DNA from: a virus
Length of the DNA stretch: 64,000 nt
Strand: one strand, 5' to 3'
Virus record (IMG/VR): IMGVR_UViG_3300008116_003012
Location: 1 to 64,000 of that record
Positions 9,825-18,724 of the stretch are shown piece after piece (position 1 is the stretch's first letter; the number at the start of each line of letters is the position of its first letter). Below the pieces are notes generated by a model, which saw only the letters and a list, made by a program, of their open reading frames with translations, had not been told where the DNA came from and did no database searches. Made by a program: the position numbers and the translations under genes.

Positions 9825-10057
9825 TCTTTTGCCTTTCGAGTACGTTTAGGTTTTGTTTCCGATGCAGGAATCGTACTTTCTGCTTTTAGTATAGCAGCTC
9901 TAACTTCACTTAGCAAGGCTTCGTCATCCCAAAGTAGTTCTGTTTTTCCGTCAGGATGTGTAATAACTGTTAGATGTGAACCAACTACTACAGTAGGTTC
10001 ATCTTTTTCTTTTAATTCTGCAATCTGTTTTTTACGTGCCATAGCATTATTCTCCAA
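9821..10057 (-). CDS. Hypothetical protein
   Basis: 78-aa ORF. Confidence 0.65.
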   Translation of the reverse strand: MENNAMARKKQIAELKEKDEPTVVVGSHLTVITHPDGKTELLWDDEALLSEVRAAILKAESTIPASETKPKRTRKAKE

Positions 10058-10250
10058 AATAAGAGTTCATTATTTCTAACTTGTCCTGATACTCTGCCAT
10101 GAGTGCTACTTCTTTTTCGATAGCACTCATTAGGTCTGTGTGATCATGAATGGCTGTAGGATTACTAAGCATAATATCTACATTCATTTTATGCTTGAGA
10201 ATGTGTGCTTCAAAGTGTTGTTTTAATACGCTAATAATTTCTTGTCTCAT
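10047..10250 (-). CDS. Hypothetical protein
   Basis: 67-aa ORF. Confidence 0.65.
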   Translation of the reverse strand: MRQEIISVLKQHFEAHILKHKMNVDIMLSNPTAIHDHTDLMSAIEKEVALMAEYQDKLEIMNSYFGE

Positions 10251-10251
10251 T

Positions 10252-10785
10252 TTATTCGTCCTCAGGTTTAGGGTTATCTACGCTCCAGGGCCAGCTTGTC
10301 TTTGGATCTGAGCGAGACTGTAGTTTAACATTTTCTTCAATAACTGTGCCATCGTCTTCGCATAGGCTAACCTGATACGGAGCATCAATAACTAAATATT
10401 CATCTTCTAATTGCCAATAGTGTTCAGCATCGAATAACCAAGCGGCACCACTACGTTCCCATTCTTCGTTACCATCGCCTTCTAAGTAGCAACGTTTAAT
10501 TTCTTCTTGTTCTTCTTCGCTGATATCATCACTAAAATCAAACCAACAAGCATGTTGGTCATCTAGTTCAGCGCCCCAGCCGCAGTCTGTTTTAGCATGG
10601 GCCTGTTCGTCACCTTCGTAGGGTAAATTGCAGTCAAGGTCTTCTTCAACAAAACCTTGTCCCCAACGATAGTGATCATCAATATTGAACCAACTGATAC
10701 TACCGTCCGCATTTTCGCGGAACATTTCAATGTGCCAGCAAATGCTTTTCTTATGTAACGGTTTAATTAAGTATACTTTACTCAT
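10252..10785 (-). CDS. Highly acidic hypothetical protein
   Basis: 177 aa, rich in D/E and W. Confidence 0.75.
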   Translation of the reverse strand: MSKVYLIKPLHKKSICWHIEMFRENADGSISWFNIDDHYRWGQGFVEEDLDCNLPYEGDEQAHAKTDCGWGAELDDQHACWFDFSDDISEEEQEEIKRCYLEGDGNEEWERSGAAWLFDAEHYWQLEDEYLVIDAPYQVSLCEDDGTVIEENVKLQSRSDPKTSWPWSVDNPKPEDE

Positions 10786-11288
10786 TAGTCTTCCTCAAAA
10801 TCACTTACATTGCCATCTTCGTCTGCAATGATAATACGAGTATTAGTTTCGTCGTCTTCGTTAGTAACTTCAATTGGACCCCAGATATAAACTTCAGTAT
10901 CTTCCAAGTACCAATCGCCTTCATCTTCTAACGCATAGGCACCGTTTTCGTCAATGAACTCTTGTAACTCTTCAACTTCGTTGTCATCTTCAATGCCTTC
11001 AATTTCTGTATCACCCCAGCAACCTCCATCAAACATATCGATCATTTCTGAACTGATAATGTTGTTAGCTTCGCATGAATACATATCTAAGCTGTCAGTT
11101 TTACCATCACCGCCAGGTACTTGAACAAACTCAAACTCTGGAAAATTATCGTCGTCAGTTTCTACCCTGAATGTACAAAAACGATATCCATCTTTAACTG
11201 TGATTCGTCCTGTGCCGTTGCGTTGAACATAGTGTTCATGCTGTTCGCATGATTTTTTATAGTGTGTTTTAACAATCCAAAATGCCAT
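10785..11288 (-). CDS. Highly acidic hypothetical protein (start corrected to MAFWIVK)
   Basis: The longer called ORF overlaps folE. The ATG at 11288 has a GAGG RBS. Confidence 0.75.
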   Translation of the reverse strand: MAFWIVKTHYKKSCEQHEHYVQRNGTGRITVKDGYRFCTFRVETDDDNFPEFEFVQVPGGDGKTDSLDMYSCEANNIISSEMIDMFDGGCWGDTEIEGIEDDNEVEELQEFIDENGAYALEDEGDWYLEDTEVYIWGPIEVTNEDDETNTRIIIADEDGNVSDFEED

Positions 11289-11292
11289 AATA

Positions 11293-11991
11293 TTACCTCG
11301 GTGCAAACTCTTGTTGCAGTTTAATGTTATCAAAGAATTCTTTCTTTGTATGAGGATCATCTTTGAACGTACCTTTGAGCACTGTAGTCTGTGTAAGACT
11401 AGAGTGTGCCATAATGCCACGATTCTCACAGCAGCCATGCACTGCTTGAACGTAGACTGCTACGTTCTCTGACTCTGTTGCTTTTGAGATTTCCCTAGCA
11501 ATGTCATTACAAAGTTCCTCCTGGAGAGTACCTCTACGGGCACACCACTGAGCGATCCTCGTATACTTGCTAAGTCCGATGAGTTTCTGAGCCGCAATAA
11601 TACCAATATAAGCAACGCCACTAACGGGTTGATGATGATGGCTACACATACTGCGAAGCTCGCTACGAACAACAAGCATACCTTCGTAACGGTCCGCTGA
11701 ATCATTTGGAAACGCTGTTGCATCCGGTGCTGGTTCATATCTTCCTGCCATTATTTCGTTGAAGTACATTTTTGCAAGACGTCTCGCTGTACCATGCGAG
11801 TTGGGATCAGTCTCACGATCAATAAGCAAAGAATCTAGCACTTGCTCAAATGCTTCTGTTGCTTCGTCGATTAATTCTGGCAATACATTATCGTCAACAT
11901 AGTCGCTAATATTGTCTCCTGCCCAGAAACGTTTGTTGTCGCTACGCATTCTATTACGAATTACTTGCGACAGGTTTTTACTTGTATCCAT
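11293..11991 (-). CDS. folE: GTP cyclohydrolase I
   Basis: TARRLAKMY, SMCSHHHQP, GLSKYTR, LQEEL, HGCCENRG. Confidence 0.96.
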   Translation of the reverse strand: MDTSKNLSQVIRNRMRSDNKRFWAGDNISDYVDDNVLPELIDEATEAFEQVLDSLLIDRETDPNSHGTARRLAKMYFNEIMAGRYEPAPDATAFPNDSADRYEGMLVVRSELRSMCSHHHQPVSGVAYIGIIAAQKLIGLSKYTRIAQWCARRGTLQEELCNDIAREISKATESENVAVYVQAVHGCCENRGIMAHSSLTQTTVLKGTFKDDPHTKKEFFDNIKLQQEFAPR

Positions 11992-12031
11992 TATAATTTC
12001 TCCGAGTTATTGTCGTGGATGACTGTTGTAC

Positions 12032-12060
12032 ATTGTACTATATTATTTAGGTTTTTGCAA
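12032..12060 (-). promoter_or_regulatory. sigma70-type promoter for folE
   Basis: TTGCAA-N17-TACAAT. Confidence 0.55.
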
Positions 12061-12852
12061 CCTAAGTAGCGTATTTTTCTTAACTGCTTCTTTCAAAACA
12101 TTTAAGTGAATGTCTATTGTGTTTGCGTAATACAATAAGGCACTAGTATCTTTTGGAAAACACATGCCTCCAAATCCATATTGGCCATCCGGCCCTGGTA
12201 CTTGTGTATGACTGATGCCAATTCTATTGTCCATAGAAATCATTCGACGTACCTTATTCCAATTATATCCGTTATGCTCTGCAATAGCTGCCAACTCATT
12301 CATAAACACTACTTTAGTAGATAAGAAACTATTAATAGCATATTTTACCAAACTGGCTTCTCCGATAGAACAGTGAACAATATCAGCTTGAGCTTTAGTA
12401 TATCGAATGATACGTTCAGCTTCATGCTGATATGCTAATACATTACCGCCTATAATAGCCCAGTTTTCTTTTGCATAATCTGCACTGGCATTGGCAGCAG
12501 TTAAAAACTCCGGAATGTGTACTAAGTTAGGATACTGATTACCTAATCGTTCATATACGTCGGGTGTTGCAGTTACTTTACTGATAATAACCCCTTTGTA
12601 GTCTTTAAGATTAGCTAATACACTTTCTAGGATATCTGTGTTACAAGATCCATCAAGACTTTGCGGACTAGGAACGCAGACAAAGATGCCCTCAGCATCC
12701 ATTATTTCTTTGTAAGTTCCGATATATCCTTTTGACGGATCATTGTCGATACATATTCTTTCAAATCCAGCGTAGTGTTCTCGAATAGCTTCGCCTACAA
12801 ATCCTAAGCCTATAAATCCAAGTTTAGGCATATCAATATCTAATGTCATCAT
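12043..12852 (-). CDS. UDP-glucose/GDP-mannose 6-dehydrogenase family protein (lacks the C-terminal domain)
   Basis: GFIGLGFVG Rossmann motif, FVCVPSP, PEFL, KYAINSFL, GFGGMCFPKD. Confidence 0.9.
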   Translation of the reverse strand: MMTLDIDMPKLGFIGLGFVGEAIREHYAGFERICIDNDPSKGYIGTYKEIMDAEGIFVCVPSPQSLDGSCNTDILESVLANLKDYKGVIISKVTATPDVYERLGNQYPNLVHIPEFLTAANASADYAKENWAIIGGNVLAYQHEAERIIRYTKAQADIVHCSIGEASLVKYAINSFLSTKVVFMNELAAIAEHNGYNWNKVRRMISMDNRIGISHTQVPGPDGQYGFGGMCFPKDTSALLYYANTIDIHLNVLKEAVKKNTLLRLQKPK

Positions 12853-13037
12853 ACAGTTATAATATCTTTCTTATGTTGCATTCTCTGTTTTCTGCATTCC
12901 TCTTTTACTTTAGGAGGAATATCAGGATGCCACTCAGCCATTCCACAATCGTAGATTCTACCCTCAGGAAAAGGAATAAGAAAAAGCAACAGTACCCAAA
13001 TTACTGTTGCCGCAAATGCGCCCAGTGCATATTTCAT
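12849..13037 (-). CDS. Small membrane protein
   Basis: N-terminal TM; YDC..AEWHPD.P..VKEECR. Confidence 0.65.
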   Translation of the reverse strand: MKYALGAFAATVIWVLLLFLIPFPEGRIYDCGMAEWHPDIPPKVKEECRKQRMQHKKDIITV

Positions 13038-13282
13038 TGCAATGTTCTTTTTCCTTGACCGTTAATATTGTCTAAGCCAGTTATTAATTTTTCAGCAAAT
13101 TCTGGGTCTTCTTCAGTTAACTCGTCAAGATCAAGAGCTTTAGCGTTTTCAAATAATTCTCCAGATTCTGCCATTCTCTGAATTTCAGACATAAGTTCAT
13201 TAAGTTCTTCTTGAGTGCCTTCAAAACTATCGAAACAGCCAGGTGCAAAGATAATTTCAGGAGTTTTCTTTTCGTCAGTCAT
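13034..13282 (-). CDS. Acidic hypothetical protein
   Basis: 82-aa ORF. Confidence 0.7.
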   Translation of the reverse strand: MTDEKKTPEIIFAPGCFDSFEGTQEELNELMSEIQRMAESGELFENAKALDLDELTEEDPEFAEKLITGLDNINGQGKRTLQ

Positions 13283-13643
13283 AAGTGCCTTTTACACGTT
13301 CAAACGTTTTATATTTTTCCAAAGCATTGATATAATCATCAAACTTTTTCTTTAAGCTAGGATACTTAGCTTCTAGTGTAACATCTCTTTCTGGAATTGC
13401 CAAGACTTTTTCAATTGTTTTTAGCCGTTCTTCTAAGTCTTGTCCGTTAAGCACCATTTTACCTTTAACTTCTAGCGTAGCAGGGTCCCCGCTTACCTTC
13501 ATTATTCCGTCGCCTATGGTATAGTTAGGTGACGTAGCCCAAGTAGTGCCGTTTGATCCGCTCGTTAAAAATTGTCCAGCTGTACCACTGGTAGTATATG
13601 TATAATTAGTTGATGGGTTTACGACTTTGTAGGTATTGGTCAT
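13275..13643 (-). CDS. Hypothetical protein with Thr/Ser-rich N-terminus and helical C-terminus
   Basis: 122-aa ORF. Confidence 0.7.
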   Translation of the reverse strand: MTNTYKVVNPSTNYTYTTSGTAGQFLTSGSNGTTWATSPNYTIGDGIMKVSGDPATLEVKGKMVLNGQDLEERLKTIEKVLAIPERDVTLEAKYPSLKKKFDDYINALEKYKTFERVKGTYD

Positions 13644-14091
13644 TGTGTATCCATTTATTCTTTACGAGAAATCCCCACTCTCGTTTTTGAGGACCTGGCA
13701 TAAACAGTGTCCAACATTCTACGTTAGGATCTAACTCAATCCTGTGATAACTATTAGCACTACAAATACGAAAATGACCAGGAGCTCTCCACACTGCAAT
13801 CTCGCCAATTTTTTCGCTTTTGTTGTTAAATTGAGGAAGCCATTCATAATATCCGCCTTTTAGTATTAGAGTAGCGTAAGGCCATGGATGATCATGCACA
13901 TCATCGGGATCTGATTTAAGGAACTTGTGCAAAAAGATATTAAAGGGGAAGTGCTTTCTATCTTTAAGAAACAGGTAATAACGTTCGAGGTAAGGCTCAT
14001 TTGATTCTCTATCTAATACAATTCGTTTTCTGCCTAGTCTTTCCATTAACTGAAAAAACTTATTTTTCATCTTTTGGATTATCATAATCAT
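13606..14091 (-). CDS. Cupin-fold protein
   Basis: HKFLKSDPDDVHDHPW, ILKGGYYE, YHRIEL, WTLF. Confidence 0.75.
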   Translation of the reverse strand: MIMIIQKMKNKFFQLMERLGRKRIVLDRESNEPYLERYYLFLKDRKHFPFNIFLHKFLKSDPDDVHDHPWPYATLILKGGYYEWLPQFNNKSEKIGEIAVWRAPGHFRICSANSYHRIELDPNVECWTLFMPGPQKREWGFLVKNKWIHNDQYLQSRKPIN

Positions 14092-14470
14092 CCTTTACAA
14101 GTGTATATACAGTTTGAAAGTTACGCAGTGCAATTTCTAATCCGGGATATTTTTTACACATGTCCTGCACACGTTGCCAATCTGGAAACGAATCAATCCA
14201 TTCTTCTGCATCACCCCAGTTAAACTGATAATCAGTGTTAAGCGTAATAGTATCGTTTATTGAATAAGATGATCCTACAGCACCACCGCTTGTCAGTGTT
14301 ATAGTATTCATACTATTCATACTATTCATCGATGATGCTGTAGTATACGATCCTATTCCACTGTATGTAGGAATAGTAATATCTCCTACTACAACATCAT
14401 CTGATAATATTATAGTAACATCATTAAACAAATCGTTTGATGAGGTTGGTTGCTGAGAAGAATTGCTCAT
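14060..14470 (-). CDS. Hypothetical protein with Ser/Thr-rich N-terminus
   Basis: 136 aa; contains a 9-bp tandem repeat (SMN x3) at about 14305-14329. Confidence 0.65.
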   Translation of the reverse strand: MSNSSQQPTSSNDLFNDVTIILSDDVVVGDITIPTYSGIGSYTTASSMNSMNSMNTITLTSGGAVGSSYSINDTITLNTDYQFNWGDAEEWIDSFPDWQRVQDMCKKYPGLEIALRNFQTVYTLVKDDYDNPKDEK

Positions 14471-15479
14471 GTAATGATTCCACTTGTTTTTGTATTTGCG
14501 GCAATCTAGTATTGTAGTAATCCATATGTGTCATAATAGCACGACAAATGTCAGGACGATATACTGTATATGCATCATAACTTTCAGTCCATTTACTTGG
14601 ATATTTGAATGTGTCAAATGCCATTTCACTGTAGCTGAGTCTATCAGGCACCATAGGAATAGCATCTACAATAGCACCTTCATACCAGCTAATACCTAAT
14701 GTTTCTTGCAAGTTAGCACTAAACACCATTTTAGCTTCACCTAACAGTGTATGATACTCATGCTTAGTAAGTTGTTTATCTTGACAAACAACAAACTCGT
14801 ATTGTGGCAGATGTTTAGCTAAGTCTCTAAAAATTTCAACTTGCTTCTCTGGAGCAATACGGTGCGGAAACAAGATCATGTCTCGTTTCTTCATGCCTTT
14901 ATAAGGTGCAAGAGTATCTTGCATATATTCCATAGGCCAGCCTGTACGCACAACTTTGTTGCCAAAATATGCTAAGTTCTCGTCACTAAACAAGTTCTTA
15001 AAGAACATGTCAATGTGAAAATCTGTAGCAAAGTAGTTATGATCAAACGCATGATAAAAACTCTTCTCAGCGTGTCTAACCCAAGGCTTGTCTCCTACTA
15101 GTCGTCCTAAAAAGTCTTGAGGATCATAACTGCCAGCATGCCATAAGCCGTGTGTAACGACTGGAATGCCCAGCAGTTCGCTCATGTACTTGAGATTGAT
15201 GATGCCAGGATGCCAAGCATCAGTAAATATGAAGTGATCATTGGCGCAAATGCTTCCGTTGCAAAATAAGCGACCGATCTGCTCCACCTGTGCTGACTTA
15301 TATATGTTGGTACCACCAAAATTAAGGAAAGCGCCAGGAGTAGTGGCAGAAGGAATATCTTCAGGGCCAGAAATAACTTGAACATTGTGTCCTGCTTTCT
15401 TAAGTAGATCAGGTACATGAATCTTCCATTGACCCGTGTACCTTGATTCCACCGCCTCTAAGTCGACGATGTAGATCAT
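14424..15479 (-). CDS. GT-B (GT4-like) glycosyltransferase (start corrected to MIYIVDLE)
   Basis: FPHRIAPEKQ, ETLGISWYE (Ex7E), PDRLSYSEM. Confidence 0.82.
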   Translation of the reverse strand: MIYIVDLEAVESRYTGQWKIHVPDLLKKAGHNVQVISGPEDIPSATTPGAFLNFGGTNIYKSAQVEQIGRLFCNGSICANDHFIFTDAWHPGIINLKYMSELLGIPVVTHGLWHAGSYDPQDFLGRLVGDKPWVRHAEKSFYHAFDHNYFATDFHIDMFFKNLFSDENLAYFGNKVVRTGWPMEYMQDTLAPYKGMKKRDMILFPHRIAPEKQVEIFRDLAKHLPQYEFVVCQDKQLTKHEYHTLLGEAKMVFSANLQETLGISWYEGAIVDAIPMVPDRLSYSEMAFDTFKYPSKWTESYDAYTVYRPDICRAIMTHMDYYNTRLPQIQKQVESLHEQFFSATNLIKRFV

Positions 15480-15480
15480 A

Positions 15481-15747
15481 TTAACGCTGATAGTTTCGAT
15501 TTTGTCCGTTGCCGCTGCGATTGTATTCGCCTCTTGGCTTGCGATCACCATTCCATGGACGCTTTGGACGATTGGCGTGATAGAAGTTGTTCCAAACTTG
15601 GCTGTCTCTGTTGTAGAGATTGGCCTCGTTAAACTCGCAAAGTTCAAAGCGACAGAAGTCTTTAAACTTTTCCAAATCGTCAAAGATCTTAACGATGTCG
15701 GGACGATTTTCAAAGTAGTTAACGTCTTTGTAATTATTCTTAGCCAT
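15481..15747 (-). CDS. Hypothetical protein (start corrected to MAKNNY)
   Basis: AGGA RBS; basic, N/R-rich tail. Confidence 0.7.
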   Translation of the reverse strand: MAKNNYKDVNYFENRPDIVKIFDDLEKFKDFCRFELCEFNEANLYNRDSQVWNNFYHANRPKRPWNGDRKPRGEYNRSGNGQNRNYQR

Positions 15748-15760
15748 TATAGCTTTCCTT

Positions 15761-16156
15761 TTAATACTTAATAAATGAACCATTTTCTCCGTCTTCGGAG
15801 ACCTCAATCCAAACCTCACGGTCTGGATACCTTGCTGAGATTTGAGCGTGTAAGTCATCACTCATCATCTCGCAACTTTTATAATCTAACGACAATACAC
15901 CTTGGTCGCTAGAATACAATTTTTCAAGCCACCGCTTGAATTGAATGAACTCCACGTCTCTGTCGTTATGCGTAACAGATAGCCACACCCTAAAGTGAAA
16001 GATATGGCGATGGGGAGTAGCCAAAAACGAAACGTCATATTCATCTCCTGTTGCTAAATTGGGATCAGTTGCCGCTGCCGGATATTTGTGAATGCCTTCT
16101 TTACGAAAGGTCACCCAGATCATTTTATTAGGTCGAATATCTTGTTTGATAATCAT
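15761..16156 (-). CDS. QueD-like T-fold protein, probable DpdL-type CDG decarboxylase
   Basis: EGIH, LATPHRHIF (LxxxHRHxF in place of QueD CxxxHGH), DVEFI, SCE, VSEDGENG. Confidence 0.72.
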   Translation of the reverse strand: MIIKQDIRPNKMIWVTFRKEGIHKYPAAATDPNLATGDEYDVSFLATPHRHIFHFRVWLSVTHNDRDVEFIQFKRWLEKLYSSDQGVLSLDYKSCEMMSDDLHAQISARYPDREVWIEVSEDGENGSFIKY

Positions 16157-16356
16157 TTAAGTAAGCCTTCGCATAATACTGCAATTTCTTTATCAGTCAT
16201 AAAAAACTGATAGGTTGAAGTTAAGTCTGCTTCCCCATCTTTGTTTTTAGATTCTTGAATAAATTCAATAGCGTTCAAGTCTGCTGGAGTTTTACATTTC
16301 CAGCTTTTTACTTTTAGTTTAAATCCGGCATTATCTTTAACAACAAATTCTTTCAT
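16153..16356 (-). CDS. Hypothetical protein
   Basis: 67 aa with ATGA overlaps. Confidence 0.65.
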   Translation of the reverse strand: MKEFVVKDNAGFKLKVKSWKCKTPADLNAIEFIQESKNKDGEADLTSTYQFFMTDKEIAVLCEGLLK

Positions 16357-16865
16357 TTGATAATCTCATCATTCTTATATTGTGACCAGTCTGTGAACTT
16401 ACTACGATCCATTAGTGTATGTAGACTGTGGGACCACACACCGGGATTAGTTGCCTTAAAATCTTTATCATCGATTTTAAGCATTGTATTATAATTCCAT
16501 AATTTTACATAAGGAATTGGCACTCTTATTTGCGGAATAAAATTATCGTGTTCGCAAAGACCGCTTTCATGAAATTCTTCTACTTGATTGATAGGAATAT
16601 CTAATGAACAGAGATAATCTTTGTCTAAGAAGAAACGTATCATTTCTTCCCAAGCCTTGTGCTCTTCATAAGTTTGCGGATTGTAACTGTGATTAGCACC
16701 AAAAAAGATATGTTCACATCCTTGCAAATTTAATGCAATGTGTTCAACAGGTTGTACACCTGTAACAAAGAGAGTTTTCTTCCCGTATGCAGGAGTGTGC
16801 TCAATTTCAATGCCAGTGAAAAAGATAATATTGTCGGCTCGGCCTGTGCCGTAATCACGCTTCAT
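16353..16865 (-). CDS. Hypothetical enzyme-like protein within the deazaguanine cluster
   Basis: FTGIEIEHTPAYGKKTLFV, HIFFGANHS, KIDDKDF..TNPGVW. Confidence 0.75.
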   Translation of the reverse strand: MKRDYGTGRADNIIFFTGIEIEHTPAYGKKTLFVTGVQPVEHIALNLQGCEHIFFGANHSYNPQTYEEHKAWEEMIRFFLDKDYLCSLDIPINQVEEFHESGLCEHDNFIPQIRVPIPYVKLWNYNTMLKIDDKDFKATNPGVWSHSLHTLMDRSKFTDWSQYKNDEIIK

Positions 16866-17112
16866 TCTTCTTACCTTCTTCGTATTGTTTAATTAAACGA
16901 ATTACTGGTTCCATACGTTCTTGAAATACATCAGGAGCAGCTTCAGAAACTCTAGTCATATCCCAAGTACTAGGAAAATGACGTAGAATACTGTGAGCTT
17001 CCCCTCGTACTGCTTTAGAAATACGAGGGTAAGCTTTTTTATCATAGGCAATAGATTCTAAGAATCTCTTAGCCCACATCACAGCACGATATCTTTCGTC
17101 AGGTAGCGTCAT
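16855..17112 (-). CDS. Hypothetical protein
   Basis: MTLPDERYRAV...LRHFP, a small phage protein. Confidence 0.7.
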   Translation of the reverse strand: MTLPDERYRAVMWAKRFLESIAYDKKAYPRISKAVRGEAHSILRHFPSTWDMTRVSEAAPDVFQERMEPVIRLIKQYEEGKKNEA

Positions 17113-18724
17113 TCTTTACAGCTTCTTCAAGTTCGTCAAGTTTGGATTCTTCTGCTTCAGTAAATTCTTCAGCATGTTCTAATTGTACAGGATCTTGTTC
17201 TACTATGTCAAACAGATTGGTAAAATTGGCAGATGCATTAGTCATCTTTTTACCAGTGTTTCCTCTTGTGCCAATAATAGTATCAAAATATCTACGATAG
17301 TCTTCTACAATAGCCAATGCCGAACCTTTGTCGTTGGCAGCAAAAATACTGTCAACAACATCCTTAAAGTAGATTCGACTGAACTTTTCTTGAACTAACA
17401 TGCTAGGAATAATGCCGGCATCGTATTGACGATTGGCTTCTTGCACAGCATTGATGTGACTCCAAACATTGTGACCCATTTGAATAGCATAGCTAAATGA
17501 ATCCCAACTTGTTCGGTTACTGACCTTGCCCAATTTGTTAACATCGGGCATCACAATCCAATCTGCAGGATTGTAAGGATCAGGATTCGTAACACCTGGC
17601 TTGACAGTGCCTGCACCGTAGATGCAAACGTCTTTCATCAGTACACCGTCCATTAAAGGACTTGTTTCAAAGTTTTTAAAGATACCGTCTTGTACTACTG
17701 CGTCTTGGAATAGTCTTGTGTCTGAGGCGTATTTTTTGTCATCAGCAGACGGCACCATTCGGTAGACCCATTTTTTACGATCTTCTGTTTCTGTTTGGAT
17801 GTAGATCTGTCCGTTTGCTGTTGCCAAAAACGGTGAGGCGCAGTCAAAAGATATGGTAAAGTTTTCATTATGGTACTTTCTTACAGCTCGTTGAATATCA
17901 GTTAATAAAGTTGCCCACTCTAACTTAGAGGTGCCCAGGAAGTGCATCCAATCTTGATGACCTTTTTCTAATAGGCCATCATATCGTAATTCCACAAGGC
18001 GTCTAAGCACCAAGTGTACATCGCACATATTTTGTCCGCCCATTGACCAGCCATTGAAAGCACGGTCTCCGTAGATTTTAGTATCACAGTATTTTTTCAT
18101 ACGGTCATACCAATCATCGGCATCGGGATGATTCTCACCTTGCAGAACGTTTAAGAACTTGCAGTTGCCATTGCGATTGTTAATGAACCAATCGTTATTG
18201 ATGTAAGTTCCTTGCACTGCTTCTGCGTAAGTAGTAATGCCGGTTGCTGCACGACCTGCCGGACTACGAGCAACCCATGCTGGAATATCCAACACCATGC
18301 CGTAGTCCATTAGTGTGTCCATCCAAGTAAGAACTTGTTCACGTTTCTTTTGTGCTTTAGGGCAATTAGGATCTTTCCAATCAGCAGGCCAAACACCTTT
18401 ACCAATTTGGAAACCTCCTGAGTCACCTAATACCCAACTTGTTGAACGATCACGATTACGGAACATGTCTTCGCTATCGTCTTGTTTAGTAAGATCTAAG
18501 TTAGCATGTCCTGCTGAATACAAACAATGATCGTAATAAAACGCACCCTTGTCTGGTTCTAAATAGTTTAACGATTCTACGCCACTTTTAAAGCTTGCCG
18601 GTATACGTGCAGGATCTACATAATTACCATATCGTTGTTTTCCGATAAAGGTACTGTAGAAACCTGACGTTGCTGGCAAGAAGTATGCGTAGTCGTTCTG
18701 TGCCGCTGTTAAATTACGATTCAA
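17099..18724 (-). CDS. dpdA: TGT-fold guanine transglycosylase, DpdA-like (inserts 7-deazaguanine into DNA)
   Basis: DSGGFQ, MVLDIP, NVLQG, GWSMGG, HFLGTS, SFDCASP. It lacks the CxCxxC Zn site of tRNA TGT and clusters with folE/queE. Confidence 0.8.
   Translation of the reverse strand: MNRNLTAAQNDYAYFLPATSGFYSTFIGKQRYGNYVDPARIPASFKSGVESLNYLEPDKGAFYYDHCLYSAGHANLDLTKQDDSEDMFRNRDRSTSWVLGDSGGFQIGKGVWPADWKDPNCPKAQKKREQVLTWMDTLMDYGMVLDIPAWVARSPAGRAATGITTYAEAVQGTYINNDWFINNRNGNCKFLNVLQGENHPDADDWYDRMKKYCDTKIYGDRAFNGWSMGGQNMCDVHLVLRRLVELRYDGLLEKGHQDWMHFLGTSKLEWATLLTDIQRAVRKYHNENFTISFDCASPFLATANGQIYIQTETEDRKKWVYRMVPSADDKKYASDTRLFQDAVVQDGIFKNFETSPLMDGVLMKDVCIYGAGTVKPGVTNPDPYNPADWIVMPDVNKLGKVSNRTSWDSFSYAIQMGHNVWSHINAVQEANRQYDAGIIPSMLVQEKFSRIYFKDVVDSIFAANDKGSALAIVEDYRRYFDTIIGTRGNTGKKMTNASANFTNLFDIVEQDPVQLEHAEEFTEAEESKLDELEEAVKNDAT

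Noticed and set aside
14305-14329. 9-bp tandem repeat as a phase-variation locus
   Set aside because: In-frame, only about three copies, inside a low-complexity tract.
15480-15713. N-terminal extension of the glycosyltransferase as called (likewise the called extensions to 11438, 15861, 19714, 22306, 22692 and 34962)
   Set aside because: These extensions overlap upstream genes or promoters; downstream starts have better RBS or coupling.
17099-18724. Canonical tRNA-guanine transglycosylase (tgt)
   Set aside because: It lacks the CxCxxC...H Zn site and typical bacterial TGT N-terminal motifs; the phage context favours a DNA-acting DpdA.
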